NCBI RefSeq assembly: GCF_000315625.1
Contig: NW_005434662.1
Coordinates: 829,479 to 893,478, forward strand
DNA: 64,000 nt
Source: Guillardia theta CCMP2712
Lineage: Eukaryota > Protista > Cryptophyta
Direction of reading: 5' to 3'
Below the pieces are notes generated by a model that was given only the letters and a program-made list of their open reading frames with translations, was not told the origin of the DNA and made no database searches. Each line of letters starts with the position of its first letter. Position 1 is the stretch's first letter. Below are positions 13,099-26,163 of this stretch, piece after piece. The translations under genes were made by a program, and so were the position numbers.

Positions 13099-13126
13099 AG
13101 TCTCCTCCTCCTCTGATGCTCCATGA

Positions 13127-16100
13127 TCAGAAGCCGTAGATGAACCTCGACGTCCATCGTCCGATCTGGTCAGCCGGCATCTTGGTCAGCTTGCAGACTT
13201 CCGCCTTCACTTCCAGCTTAGAGCATAGAGATTGCAGCACTCGCGCGCAGTTTCGCAGGCAAACCTCCGAGTCTCGTCCTTCCATCAGGATGTCCACCAG
13301 CTCCTTCAGCCCCCCCTGCCTCGCGAGCATGCGGTACAGCAACGAGATCTCCACCGTCAGCTCCTCGTCCGCATGCCGCAAGCAGTATCTCAGCGCCTTC
13401 ATGGTCGACCCTCCTCCTCCCTCCTGCGCGTACTCGTGACCCGCCACTGCCTCGCGCATGAAGGCATGCTCAGCGATGCCGTGCAGCGCCTGCACCGCAT
13501 GCCACATGCACTGCATGGCTGCGTCGCCATCGTGTGCGGGCTGCAGCAGCAGGCAGTCCAGCAGGCTCTCAGCTCCCCTCCTCCACACGTCCACCGCTTG
13601 CTCGGGGATCATTACCCAGAACGAAAGCGCCTGTGCCGCGACCGCTCGCTGCTGGACCTCCAGGCTGCGCAGGAGGACGTCGATGGTGGCGTCGATGGCG
13701 CTGACGCCCAACTTAGGAACGAGCTTGCAGACCTCGAGGATGCGAGCCCTGATGCTCTCTAGCGGCTCGTTGGTTCCTCGCTCGGAGACGCGGGCAAGCA
13801 CGAGGGAGGCATGATAGCGCGAGCGAGCGTCGGTGGCGAGGACGATCATCTCAAGTAGGATGGGGACAACGTTTTGTGAGACTATCACTGCGCGCTCCTC
13901 CTCCTCCACCGCGATCTCTGCCAACGCTCTCGCTGCCTCCGACCGCGCGCGATGGTCGTCAGAGCGGAGGGTCGCGAGCAGCTCCATCAGCCCCCCGTGA
14001 TGCGCAAGGAACGTGAGCGCGGCTGACGCGCAGGCCTGCGTGTCGGCAGCGCCTGTGGCAGACTTGCCGTCAGTGACCTTGTCGTCGACACAGAGGGCGC
14101 GCGAGAGGAGGCGGCAGGTGCCCAAGGAGATGTCGTGCTGACGGAGGGCGAGGGAAGCAAGGAAGCGACGATTCTCAGGGTTTTCAGCAAGGACGGCGAC
14201 GAGACAAGCAGCTTCAGACTGAACGAGGCAGCGGTCGGAGAGGAGGGAGGCCAGCAACGTCTCCATCAGGCTGCTCTTCAAGACCAAGTCTTGCATGCTC
14301 GCTTCCCCGATGCAGAGGTTCACGACCATGGCGAGGCCTGCGCTGAGCTCTTCTTCCGAGACCGAGGGGCGAGTGATGCAGTCGATGACTGGCTCTACCG
14401 CATGGCCGAACAGCTTCCAGTATCCCCCCAGCTTGCTCATCCGCCGTTTGATCGAAGGATGCAGCGAGCAGAGCGCCAAGACTTGCAGCGCTGCTGCTCG
14501 CGTCTCTTGTCTCCCCAGGTTGACGGCGAAGAGAAGAGCTTCCAACCCTCCCGCGTCAGCCATCGCAACGCTCGTCCTCCCGTCCATTGCAAGGTTCCTC
14601 GCGAGACTCATCGCGTCCATGCAGACTTGCGAGATGCTGCTGCTCATTAGGCGCACAAGAGGCTCGAGGAGCTCCGGGTGCTCTTGCAGCACTTCCTCCT
14701 CTCCGCTCGTCAGCATCGCCAGAGCTCCAAGCGCATGACCCTGGAGGAGAAGCTCCTCCTCCTCCTCCTTTGTCTCCATCGCCTCGACCATGTCTGCGTT
14801 CATGCGGAAGTGGAGGAATCCCTCGTCCCAAAGGGGCTTCGACGTCTCTTGCCTGCTCGTAACAAGCGCATGCCATTCGTCGCAGACAAAAGAAGCATCC
14901 TCCAGCAGCACGTTGTTGATCTGCTCATGCTGCAACCTCCGTACGATCTCTGTGATCGGAAGATGTTCGAGGGCGTCGCAGGGACGAGCTCGAGCCGCCC
15001 GAAACAAGTACTTGTTGACATCGATGAAGGTCATGCAGACGAACCTCTCCTCTTCATCCTCGCTGTGAGAGAAGACAAGGATGTAGATAATGGCGCTTCG
15101 CAGGTCATCCAGTTCAAACTCGAACACGTCAGACCATGAAAGCTCATCTCCTCTCCGTCTCTCTGTGACGATCTCGTGCTGACCGCACACAATCTTGAGC
15201 GTGAACTCCGCATCCCTCTTCCTCCCGACGTCTCGCAGTCCTCGGGCTCGTAGGCAACTTAACCGGATCGAAGCCTTCCGCTTCCTCGCTGTCAGCCCCA
15301 CCAACGGCGCGACTCCGAACTTGTTGAGGATGAGCGATCGAAGCTGATCTCCGCCCTGCTTCCTTCCGCTCTCCCCTTGTCTCTGCCGCTGCGAATGCAG
15401 CATGGAGAGCATGGACTTTCGCTGAGAGTCTACGGAGGAGAAAGACTCTGGTGTGTTGCATCGCGATCGAGGAGGGGGGTCGAGGAACAGTCTGTTACCC
15501 AACAACGTCTCGTTATGTCGCCCTCTGCCCTCGTAGTCCATCACCAGCAGCGTCTTGATCATGCTCAGGCTCGTCGTCTTCAGTGTCCGCGTCGTTGCTG
15601 TCTGCAGCAGGTCCACCAGAAGCTGCATCCCCTCGTCTGCCATCACCTCCCGCGCGCTGCTGAAGTAATTCGCCATGGGCCCTCCCGCAAATCCGATCCA
15701 GTGCGAGGGGATGCGCATGAGCAAAGAGAGTAGATGGAGGGCTACCTCCTTGCAGTCGTCTGGGTGACCCTTCAAGATGTGCAAGAGGTCCTGCACCGCC
15801 TTCTCCTTCACCAGCTCTCTCCTGACGTCATACAAGTATGCAGCATCCGCTTCCGAGTAGTCGCTGTCGATCTCGTCAGAGCTCTCGCACAAGAGAAGGA
15901 GGGCGACGAGGCTTAAGAAAGCGTTTGGATCTTCCTTTCGCCTCGCTATCTTGAGGAATACATGGACGCCAATGTTCTTGGCTATCTTTCTGCACGTCTC
16001 GAAGCTTCCATGATATCGACCCGCTTTCTTGCTTCTCATGCTCAAGATGGTTCGAAGGATCAAGATGATTTGCTGCTGTGGATCTTCCTCTAATCCCTTC

Positions 16101-16464
16101 AGTACCGCCGAAGCCACGTCGTCGTTGAGCTTGTACAGCATCCTCAACTGGGTGAAATCTCAGATGCTTCTCTCTCGCGCACAGCTCTCACTCTTCTCTG
16201 TCGATTCTCTTCCGATGTCTTCATCACCTCCTCTATCAGTTGCCTGCCGCTGTATCGTAATTGCCTCTGAACCGCCATTCCGTTCTCCTCCGCTCCAAGA
16301 TCTCGCAGCCATGAAAGCACTTGGTCGCAAGTCATGCGCGACACCGATGTCTCGGCATGGCTCGACTCCCCATACGCACCAAGAATTTTGATCGCTCTTG
16401 TGATCAAAACTTCTGATGCTGTAGAAACAAGACGATCAGAAGTTTGTTGGGAAGGTATGAACAC
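13127..16464 (-). CDS. armadillo-repeat protein with central C2 domain and probable N-terminal SAM-like domain
   Basis: 1006-aa ORF with ARM repeats (GGLEALL, SEAARALAEIA, GGLKELVDIL) and a C2 segment (IRLSCLRARGL..LSWSDVFEFEL..ILVFSH..RFVCMTFIDV). Upstream exon MTCDQVLSWLRDLG..SGRQLI is SAM-like. Confidence 0.75.
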
Positions 16465-16506
16465 GTGGTTACGGCCCTCTCCTCCTTCTTTCTCTTCCTC
16501 CTCCTT

Positions 16507-16509
<3 letters not shown>

Positions 16510-16568
<59 letters not shown>
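16510..16568. repeat. (CTG/CAG)n microsatellite
   Basis: About 19 perfect units. Confidence 0.9.
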
Positions 16569-16820
16569 ACTTGGGCTGTTTCCCTTTCTTTACGTCCTCA
16601 TGTCAACGCTTTCCTTGCTATACTCACCGCTTCCCCCATGGCGGTATTCCATGTTGCTGCCGTTACTGTTTCGTCGGTTACATCGCCGATATGCCACCGG
16701 GCCCGACTCAGAACGAGGCGCAGGGGATGCTATGATGATTCAATGGAGTGAGGGGCACAGCAAGTGAGCTTGACCAGCGTTGTTTATCTACATGCGCGAC
16801 TCATTCCCGTGACTAGTCCG

Positions 16821-17886
16821 TCAGTTCTCAGCGAAGTTTCCATGCCCTGTCTCAGCCGCATGTTTCTGTGCTCCGTCACTGCCCTGAATCCCTTGGCCGC
16901 ACACAAGGCATCTAAGCGAGAAGTTGGAGGTGTCTGTGAACTGTCGCTTGTCACGAAATGTTTTGACAAGGGCGATGGCGAGCTCCTCAGCCTGCAGGGC
17001 GTCAGCTCACCCCACGAGAACACTGGGAGGAGGACGAGCACCTCGAGGTCATCCACCCGGAACAGAGTCACTTCCTTGCGACCCTCGAGCTCTGAGATCG
17101 CATCGTAGTGTATCCCATCATACATGAGGTACATCCTCCGCGAGAGACCCCTGCCTTCCCCTGAGAGTTGAGAGTTTAGATAACGACTTGCCAACACCTT
17201 GCGAGTGGCTCACCGAATCTGTAGAGGCGAAGAGTCTGGCAGTCGATAGCGCAGATCTCAACTTGAAAGTGACCAGCAAGAATGCTGCACTCTATGGCCC
17301 CTCCCCAGCTCGAAGACTGCTGTATCCAGTGACTGTACTCTTGGTTGCTCTTTGACAAGACAGCCTCGCCTGGGCAGGCAGTGAGAATCGTCAACCTGCA
17401 TCAGGTCTCAAGCTTCACAGTACTCTTCTGGATCTGACAAGATCACTGCCGAGATGAGCTCACGGAGCTCAAGGGCGCTACTGGTTTGGTGGATGTTGTC
17501 AACTGGCGCCATGCAGTAGGCGATGGAGTTGAACAAACAGGAGTTGTCGGAGGGGATCACCTTCCTCACAAACTTCCGCGAGGCAGCAGATTCTTCTTCT
17601 GCCATCTCCGACACTCTCAGCAACGTGCCACCTTCTACGCCCGCAGCACTCAAAGGAGTACTGGAGTTCAAGAAGGGCTTGAGCGTCTCTTGAGGAGGAA
17701 ACCCCACGAGGATTTTCTGCCTGTTGGGAGGGATGCCAGTCTTGGCCATAATCTCCGCCTGCAGATCCCGCACAGTCTTGTCTCCTTCCAAGTTGATCTG
17801 GCATCGACCCGCAGGTCCTTGAACTCCGATGATCTGCGAGCACGAGTGATAAGACCGCCAGGAGGGGACGAGCAGCGAATGACCAT
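16821..17886 (-). CDS. YOD1: OTU1/YOD1 deubiquitinase (UBX-like + OTU + C2H2 zinc finger), multi-exon
   Basis: QKILVGFPP; IPSDNSCLFNSI (catalytic D/C); WGGAIE; YDGIHYD (catalytic H); C-terminal KHAAETGHGNFAEN-stop. Confidence 0.92.
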
Positions 17887-18914
17887 TGCTGTGGTTGAGC
17901 CTTTAGCCGGAAATCCATCAGATGCTTCAAAAGTCAATGTTCAGTATTGCACTGGTCTATCCTTTGCTCAGCTCGACCCTTTAGCTAAGCTTCGCCTTCG
18001 TCATGATCTCCTTTTCATCGTCTCGTCCTTACGTGTCCTCCTTGCCTGGTCTCCTTCTCTTCATCTATCTTCATTCTCTTCACTCTTCCTCCTTGCAGTG
18101 AAGCTTCCACCACGATTCTCGCTCCACTCCTCTCAACTGTTGCTCTAGCATTCTCCTCTGCTCTCCGTGTCTCCTCCTTGATAGCTCACTTGATAGCTCA
18201 AGGTCCCTCCCCCTCCCTCCCCTTCGCTCCCCCTCCCTCCCCTTCGCTCTTCTTTTTCCCCATCATTTTGGACTCAGCCAAAGACCTCCAGCGATTAAAA
18301 TGTTGGCGTCAGGGTCTCACAACTTGGGCTATTATTTGAATGACTATATGAATATGTTTCTTCTTTTGAAAATATAGAATTAAATTTTGGCTCTAATCTT
18401 GAATTTAGAAAATTTTGTGTAGCACAAGGCACCCGAGCTCGATCCGCTGACTCAGCGCGATGAAGTGATGAGCCAGTTAGGTTGAGGGTAGAGAGAGACA
18501 GGAGGGAGGAACAGAAACACACACACACACACACAGGGAGGGAGGGAGGGAGAGACCAGGAGGGAGGGAGAGACCAGGAGGGAGGGAGGGAGGGAGGGAG
18601 AGAGAGACCAGGAGGGAGGGAGGTGCTTCATACAATGGTGTTGGAAGAACAGGGCAGCAAGAAAAGAGTGAAAAGGATGATTTTAAACGAGAAGGAAACG
18701 TTGCGAGGAGGTAGCTATCGAGGGAAGCTCTTCTGATGGAAATCAAATAAATGGCAAGAAGGATGCTACATGATTAGACAAAAGTTGGCTTGTATCAGTC
18801 CGTGGTCGTTGTATTAAGATTAGTGATAAAAGCAGGGAACTAGTAAAATGCAGGCTAGAGGAATTGAATGGATGTCAGTTCATCTGAGCTACTTGCAAAG
18901 TCTGCAGGAACAAG

Positions 18915-20109
18915 ATGGAGGACTTCGCTATGCTCGTGCACAAACTAACAGAACCTGCGAAGCAAGGCGATTCAGCGACGGTCCGTGTGCAGGGGGACTG
19001 AATGTCAAGCTGACCTGAATATTCAGGTTCGAGAAGTTTTGCGCGATTCAAAGCGATTGCATTTTCTATGGCAACCGACGACGGTACAGCAAGAAGCCAT
19101 CGACAAGTAAGAAACCAAGCAACATTGCTGGTATCATGACTCTTCTTGAAGGTGCATCGACACTTGTCTACCTTCGGGGGGTGGGGAGCAGCATCTCAAG
19201 GGCTGGGTTGTCACCTCAGTCAATGAGTGGGGAGGAGATCAAGAGCGGATATTCCTTCTCACCGACAAGCGATGTTACCGTATAAAGTTTGACTTCGACT
19301 CGAAACAAGTAACTGCTTCCAAAGCCATCGAATTGGTGAGACACGACTACAACTTTCGAGGCCTCTGAGACGGATTTGATGTCAGAGTGAAGTCATACGG
19401 GTGGAGTATGGATCCTTCAAAGCAGCAAAAGCGTCCCTCACGACTTGGGTAACCTATTCGTGTTCCTTCATCCTCACTATATTCTTGTTCCTCCCGACCC
19501 TCCCTAATGATATCTGCCCCATGCATTACACTTCCCTTCCTCTCTTGTAAGACATGTTCAATTGCGATGGACAGGTGTGGAAGAAGGAGATAGAGCAGCA
19601 GCAGGTGAGCTGCCTTCTCCTGCTCTTGTCAAGCTCACGACCCTCCTTCAGGGATTTCGCATCTTCACGCGAGAGTTGGATGGCAACAAGAGCATCAACG
19701 CGATCGCTCGCGAGCAGCTGCCGGCACTGCTGGGCACTGAGCCAACGCCACAGGTGGAGATTGTCAGGGATCGTAATCAAGCAGGTTAAGGCTTGAGCAG
19801 GAGGAATTCTACCGCGAGTATAGAGCTTTCGGTGCAGAGGAGGAGCCGTGGAGGGAGGAAGTGTTCGCACAGGTGAGCATGGCTGTCCATTCGCCAAGGT
19901 GACTGGCGCACAGGAACTCGCTGCTGCCTTCATGGCCGCGTCGATTCTCAGCGGGGCAAACTTTGACGTCCGTCCAGCTGAGATGGACAAGGAAGTACCG
20001 GGTGGAGTTTTTTCAATGTGATGAGTCTCAGCTCGGGGGCTGTGCTGATAAGACGTTGGGCAGGTTCTATAACAGTTTGAGTCTTGGCAAATACTCCAAG
20101 ACAGCTTGA
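18915..20109 (+). CDS. probable hSac2/TPRG1-like domain protein, multi-exon
   Basis: Spliced reading contains VNEWGGDQERIFLLTDKRCYRIKFDF, similar to the hSac2 motif (IDHWNNEKERLVLVT..KYDF). Confidence 0.45.
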
Positions 20110-20327
20110 GGCGTGTGAGAAACCAACGAACTATTGAAATGATGAAAACGAGCGAGAGGGCAAGCGGGGCGGGTTGTCAGCGATACCTGCGAAACGGGGC
20201 CTGAGGACATAAATACCGTGAAATGTTTGTGAATATGAGTCAACTTTTGTTCGTTACGAAATATTCTTCTAAGCTTGAAACAATGATGGGAGGCTGAGCC
20301 TTCTTGGGCTGATTGTGAACAAACAAG

Positions 20328-22136
20328 TTAATCTATCATCGCACCAACACACATTAAACTCACCGTCGCGAAATTTCCTTGATTCTCTGACGTGGAGATG
20401 GCAATCGTGGTTGTGTTTCGACAAACGTTTTGAAACCAGCCGACACTCTCGGGGTTGTCGTCAACCATCAACGCCAGCTTATTTTCGGCCGAATATTCTC
20501 CAAGCACTCGCCCAAGGTATCCTCGTCCTTCTACTGTCTCGCAGAACAGGATGTGGGTGGAGTTGAGACCAGCATCACAGATTCCTGCTTCCCTCAGGGC
20601 CTCCACTACCACGCCCTCGCACTCGTCGTCCTTCCAAGACCCATGCGGGTACGTCTCGTTCACCACCGTGTGGTTCTCCATGTAGCGGGTCAAGGTGTCA
20701 TGCCCCGAGTGAGGGAATTGAGTGACAAGAAACAGGTCGGTAGAAGCAGCGAGATGCATCAGGACGGGTCCCACGCCTTCAATCATCTGCAGGTGGGTCT
20801 CGCCTTGAAAGAAAACTTTCTGAATGTCAGATTCTTTGAAGACCGCATTGTTAGTCACGACCAGCACTCGTCGCCCTTTCAGCTCCTTCAGCTTCCTCGA
20901 GTCCATGCTCACTGAGTTCATCATGTCATGTACGTGCTGCGGTAACCCCTTTTGTGGCGCTGCGGAAGCCGAGTGGGTGCCCTTGCCGGCGAAGCCCAAC
21001 GAGCGGAAGAGCTGGACAGACAACAACTTGATCATCGCAAAGATCCAGGAGGAGATGGAAGGGTAAGACCATGGCAAGTACGCCTGCAGATCGCTTGTCT
21101 CTTCACCTCCACCGCGCAGGCGCATTGATGAAGGTCTTTCTGCTGCTCGCGGCCTCACGCCCTGGACTGCTTCTGTGCCAGAACGAGCCTTCGGCTTGTT
21201 CTTCTGAGATTTCTTCTCTTCTTCTGCCTTGATAAATTCCTTGAGCTGCTCTCGCTCAACCTGTCGAGCGTATCGATTGGTCACACGTCGGATGACAAGG
21301 AAAGGGTTGTTGGGATCTTTCTTCTGCTTGGTTAACGCCTGCACCTTGGCTTTGTCACGGAGGAATTCGCCCAGCAACTTGATCATTTCATCTTCAGGCT
21401 TTCTTTTCTTGGTCTTCTTTGGCTTGCCCCCGGCGTCCGTCTGGACCGGCTTGAATCGCTCGTTTCCCTTGAAACCCAGCGACTTGCTGCCGTCTGTTAT
21501 CATGGGCTTGGGGGCGCTTGCCTCGAGAAGCTGCTTCTTCTCTTCCTCGTACTTCTTGGCTGCAATCAAGTTCAACACATTCACCACAGTCTTGCGGACA
21601 ATGCGCTCCTTCGCCTTCTCTGCTTGCACGTCCGGATAAGCTTCGGAGACATTGCGCATGCGGTTCACTTCCGACCAGAACTTTTTGTGTAAGCGAGAGA
21701 TGTCACTTCTCTTCTCGGTCGGGGCCTCGAGGTCACTACCACGAGTGATAGAGATGAGGCCGGGTATCTTAGCTGACTTCCTTCGTTTGACCTCACCGCT
21801 CATAATCAATGCTGCGTCTTTGAGCATCTTATGCATGTTACTTGTCCACGAGTCCTCCTCTTCCTCCGGGGCTAGAGAGTTGTTGAGACTCTCCCGAACC
21901 TCCTTCGAGAAACGTTCTGTGCCTGATGCATCCGACCTATGCAAGGCTTGATTGTCCTTGCCCCTCGATATCCTAGCAGACCCCGAAGACGACAGAGGAG
22001 TCGATGATGGCATCTCACAACTCTTAGCGAAGGCCCTAGAGTCAACAAAGAGGAGGAGCAGCATGAGCAGAGCTCTAGCCCTAGTCGGCATCATCTTCCA
22101 GCCCCTTCTCCTTGACTTCATTGCTCTCCTTCCCAT
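20328..22136 (-). CDS. PEX22: intronless 602-aa protein: hydrophobic leader, Lys-rich region, RLRGG motif, hydrophobic segment, C-terminal plant-type PEX22 HAD-like domain
   Basis: GRRVLV..VLMHLAASTDLFLV..DDECEGVVVEALREAGI..GLNSTHILFCETVEGR..MVDDNPE parallels plant PEX22 (DLYLM..DDESE..VL.ALE.AG..LFCSTE.GR..HIDTNPE). Confidence 0.65.
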   Translation of the reverse strand: MGRRAMKSRRRGWKMMPTRARALLMLLLLFVDSRAFAKSCEMPSSTPLSSSGSARISRGKDNQALHRSDASGTERFSKEVRESLNNSLAPEEEEDSWTSNMHKMLKDAALIMSGEVKRRKSAKIPGLISITRGSDLEAPTEKRSDISRLHKKFWSEVNRMRNVSEAYPDVQAEKAKERIVRKTVVNVLNLIAAKKYEEEKKQLLEASAPKPMITDGSKSLGFKGNERFKPVQTDAGGKPKKTKKRKPEDEMIKLLGEFLRDKAKVQALTKQKKDPNNPFLVIRRVTNRYARQVEREQLKEFIKAEEEKKSQKNKPKARSGTEAVQGVRPRAAERPSSMRLRGGGEETSDLQAYLPWSYPSISSWIFAMIKLLSVQLFRSLGFAGKGTHSASAAPQKGLPQHVHDMMNSVSMDSRKLKELKGRRVLVVTNNAVFKESDIQKVFFQGETHLQMIEGVGPVLMHLAASTDLFLVTQFPHSGHDTLTRYMENHTVVNETYPHGSWKDDECEGVVVEALREAGICDAGLNSTHILFCETVEGRGYLGRVLGEYSAENKLALMVDDNPESVGWFQNVCRNTTTIAISTSENQGNFATVSLMCVGAMID

Positions 22137-22472
22137 CCCATTTCCATCCCCTCACGATCTCTACTACTCACCCCCACCCACCCACACAAGGCAAGTTGAG
22201 ATATCGTACCCCCTTGTCTCCCATTTTCATCCGTCGACATCAGGACCCCTACCTCACACTTTATACCACCACCCCCTCCTTTAGATGCGGCCTCTGCGGC
22301 GGCCGAGGTCAATTGGATTACGTATTCTAATTTCAATTAGAGCACGTCTGGTCTGCGTAACCACTGTAATCGGCCGTAACGGTTACACAGCGCGGGAGAA
22401 CGAAAATGAAAGAAAGCGATTCGGATGCACAAGGACGATCTCGATGAGGCCATGCTCTCCTTATACTAAGTT

Positions 22473-22772
22473 CCTTCCTCCTATGCCTTCCTCCTATGCC
22501 TTCCTCCTATGCCTTCCTCCTATGCCTTCCTCCTATGCCTTCCTCCCATGCCTTCCTCCCATGCCTTCCTCCTATGCCTTCCTCCTATGCCTTCCTCCTA
22601 TGCCTTCCTCCTATGCCTTCCTCCTATGCCTTCCTCCTATGCCTTCCTCCCATGCCTTCCTCCTATGCCTTCCTCCTATGCCTTCCTCCTATGCCTTCCT
22701 CCCATGCCTTCCTCCCATGCCTTCCTCCTATGCCTTCCTCCTATGCCTTCCTCCTATGCCTTCCTCCTATGC
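22473..22772. repeat. 13-bp tandem repeat (ATGCCTTCCTCCT), about 23 copies
   Basis: Period 13 visible; explains the MPSSYAFLLCLPP ORFs in all three frames. Confidence 0.95.
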
Positions 22773-23767
22773 TCCGCCCTCTCATGCTCCGCTCTTCTGT
22801 GATTCTCCTGTCCATGCTCGTCTCTCCTACGCTTCTTCCTGTCAAACTCCTTCCTCTATTTGTCTTTCCTTAGGTAACCCTTATTTCAATGCTCTTCCCT
22901 CCTTTGCTCATTCCTCTCCCTTATGCTCCGCCTAGCCATTCCTCACGTAATCCTCCGTCAAGTTTTCTTGTTCCTGTGCATCCCTTCAACCTTCACTGAT
23001 ACTCTCATCATCCTTCTTCCTGTGATCTTTCTTATGCACTTCATATTGCACGTTGCTATGAAATCTACTCTCCCTGTCTCAAATCCTCTTGTCCTCATGT
23101 GCTCTCTTCGTCCTCCTTCTCACCTTCTTGTATCTGGCTTTCTCACTGCATGAACACGTTACTCTGGGCTTTTCTTCGGTCTTTCTTCCAGCTTCACTCA
23201 TTGTCGAGGAGCAACACAAGGAGGAGAAGAGGCCTTTGCTTTTCTCTGATGAATTTTCTTTCGCTGGCTCTCAAATTGACGGTCTGTTGCTGCTTGTAGG
23301 ACTACATGATCGAATATCTTGAGGACGCTTCCGTCGACGTCTCTCCGACCTATCACTGCTTCCACCATTTTGGTTGAGTCCAAATTACGCTCAAGGACGT
23401 TTGTGTCCTGCCAGACAGTGCGGTCGAATACCTAGCAATGTCAGCTAAGAGGAGTCATAGCGAGGTAGAGGAGCTTTCTTCCAAGAGAAGCAAAAAGGGC
23501 ACGGAAAAAGATCAAAGTGGTCTTGAGATCGCAGCCTATTCCTTCTGACGCAAGTACAGAGCGACTGTCTCCAACTCCGAGCAATGACAAGTCGAGCAAG
23601 AGTGATCTTGGAGATTGCAACGGTGAGATAAGATGAGTACCCGCAACGAAAACGTGAAATGATAGGCTGCTGTTAGGAACAGACGCCAACCGAGAGCTGC
23701 AGCCCATGAGTAGGTGAGTTGCTTCCCTCGTTCACTGACACGAGCCGTGACAACCTCCACCGTAGAA

Positions 23768-26161
23768 TGCGGGAGGAGCAGGACTTGAATGCCATCGTGT
23801 TGAAGTCTCAGAGCATCTTTGCTGACCCGTAAGCTTCCATCGATTCAAAGGAGGAAGCGACGACCTAACTGTAAATCACAGCATGTTTCGAGAAATGTGG
23901 CTGAAACGAGAATTCTGTGACTTGTTCTTTCGTGTCGAGCCCAACAAGGTGTTGTGCGCTCATCGAGTTGTAAGTTGTGATCGTGACTTTGAGGGTGAGT
24001 GAATCTCTGTTGAGGTGCTCGCTGCACATAGCTCGCATCTTCAAAGCAGGTTGTACAGGCAAGAAGAGAAAGACAAATCAAGAACCGGCAGCACCACAGC
24101 TGTCGGTGGATTTGATGATGATAGCACTTTGGGGCCAATCATCGAGTTGCAAGACAGCCAGGCATGTAGCAAGGGACTTGTCGGAGAGACGGCTGACTTC
24201 AAATCTCTTGTATAGTATGAAGCCGTTCTTGCCCTACTCGACTACGTCTATAGCGGTTCTTGTTGCATCGAACGATCAGTCGGACGAGACCTGATGGATC
24301 TTGCGTGTCGCTGGGGACTTGACGTGATGCGATTTAAAGCTTCTGACGCGAATCTGAAGTCTATACAGGGAATACGTCAAGCGTTAGAGACGCAGGGGAT
24401 GCTTTCTCTCACAGTTACAACCTGTGCAGAGTTCCTGAAGAAGTAGAGGGTGTGGGATGGTGGAGGGTCTTATGACGGCTTTCCTAAGGTGTTTTTTGGA
24501 TTATGTAGCTGCTTCCGATGGGGCCGGGGGGATGGAGCAGCACGGACTGTCAGCTGATGGAGAGGTGAACGAAGACTGGATCGACTCGGTCGATGCTCGT
24601 AGGGGAATGGAGTTGGCGCTTGCTCGGTTCGAAGAAGTTGCCGAGACTCCTCAGTTCCTCGACCTTCCTGAGCCAATTGTTGCTGCTTTGATCGCGAATG
24701 ATCGATTGGCCGTCACTTCGGAGAAGGTCTAGACCATCTGGTCGCCCGAGAGCTTGTGATGAGTGGGCAGGTTGTCCTCAATGTCATCTACGAGTGGATG
24801 ACAAAGAACGCTGCTGAGTATGGGCCGGAAGTGCTTGTCAAGGACGGAGGAAAGAAAGTCAGGGGTGAAGATCTGCTCCGACTGGTGCGATGGACCCAGT
24901 TACAGGTGATCTTGTGCCTCTCCTTCCTGACCCTCAGCTGGGTGCTACAGACTGACTTCCTCGCGTCCTTCGGCTACTGGAACAAACCAAGTCATCTGAA
25001 GTTCGTGGTCGCGCTTCCTCGTGGGGTGAACTCAAACCTGCGACAGGGACTGCCGGCTGATGGAAATGCACGTGTTTGAGGCGATGGCTTACGGGCATCT
25101 TCCTCCCGACATGAAGGTGAAGGGAGAGGACTGCGAGCTAGTCTCATGCGGTCTCACAGAACGTGTTCGAGCCGAGAATTCTCAATCCTCGATCTCTGCG
25201 AGCCAGAAAGGTTTGTGATGATTCCCATGTCCTCTGTCTCAAGCTTCACAGGCGGCTGTCTTGTTTCGTCCGTTGGAGAGGTCGAGGAAATCGCTCATCC
25301 TGAAGGCCAGTGGGAGGAAGGTGGCGGTCTCTGCGCAGAGCAGGACGTCTGAAGTTCGTCATGGCGCAATGGAGAGCGTTGGGATGAACGGAAGTGACGG
25401 CATCGATGCTGCTGCTGCTCCGGCTGTCTGCACGGCTGTCTTTGGACACTCCACGCAGTCAGCCACACACTCCTACGTTCTTGAATGGCATGCGGGCACA
25501 GAGTCGTCTGGTGATCTGCTGCTCTTCGCTTTTTGTCCGCTCACCTGAGGTAGGCGAGGCCGACGGCTACATTGGAGTGATGAACGCAACAACTCTGGAG
25601 GAGAACGACAGGTCAGCAGCTCCTCCTCGTCCCCCCTCCTCATCGTGTCATGTAGCGCTTGCTTCGTGCTCAGACTACGAGGAAAGTTGGGTGAGGGTCA
25701 GATCGGTCTGGCACATGTAAGAGGGAGGAAGGAGACTGAGGGGAGCAAGTGACCTGCTGCCTGCAGATCTCAGAGTCAGGGACAGATGCGCTCTTATCAG
25801 GCTGTAAGATCCAGGCAAGCTCTGCTCTTGGAGTTCTCCGCTCACCCGTTGGCAGCTCACCGTCAATGTGCTCGAGCGACGACTAGCGCTCTTTCGTGTG
25901 GACGAGAGCGGTGAGAGGAGAGGGAGGCAGGAAGGCCGTGATGGTTTGATCAAGGAAACTGCATATTGCTTCAAAGCAAGGACGCCAACAACGTTGCGGT
26001 GCTCCAAAGCTCTTTGACCGCATCAGCTGAGCCTACGGCAGGTGCCATGGATTCCTTGCGTGGGCTTGTGCTTTCCGGGCAGCAGGTGCGTGTGAGGTAT
26101 GAGTTGCTCACCCTTGACGTGCCGCAGCTTCACATGGACGCACACCGAAGAGCTTCCCTAG
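23768..26161 (+). CDS. BTB/POZ-BACK domain protein, multi-exon (further 5' exons possible from about 23150)
   Basis: Spliced FCDLFFRVEPNKVLCAHRVVLAAHS (BTB) and FEEVAETPQFLDLPEPIVAALIANDRLAVTSEKVVLNVIYEWM..LLRLVRW (BACK). Confidence 0.75.
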
Positions 26162-26163
26162 CG

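Noticed and set aside
22285-22935. MPSSYAFLLCLPP repeat proteins
   Set aside because: Translation of a 13-bp minisatellite that is open in all frames.
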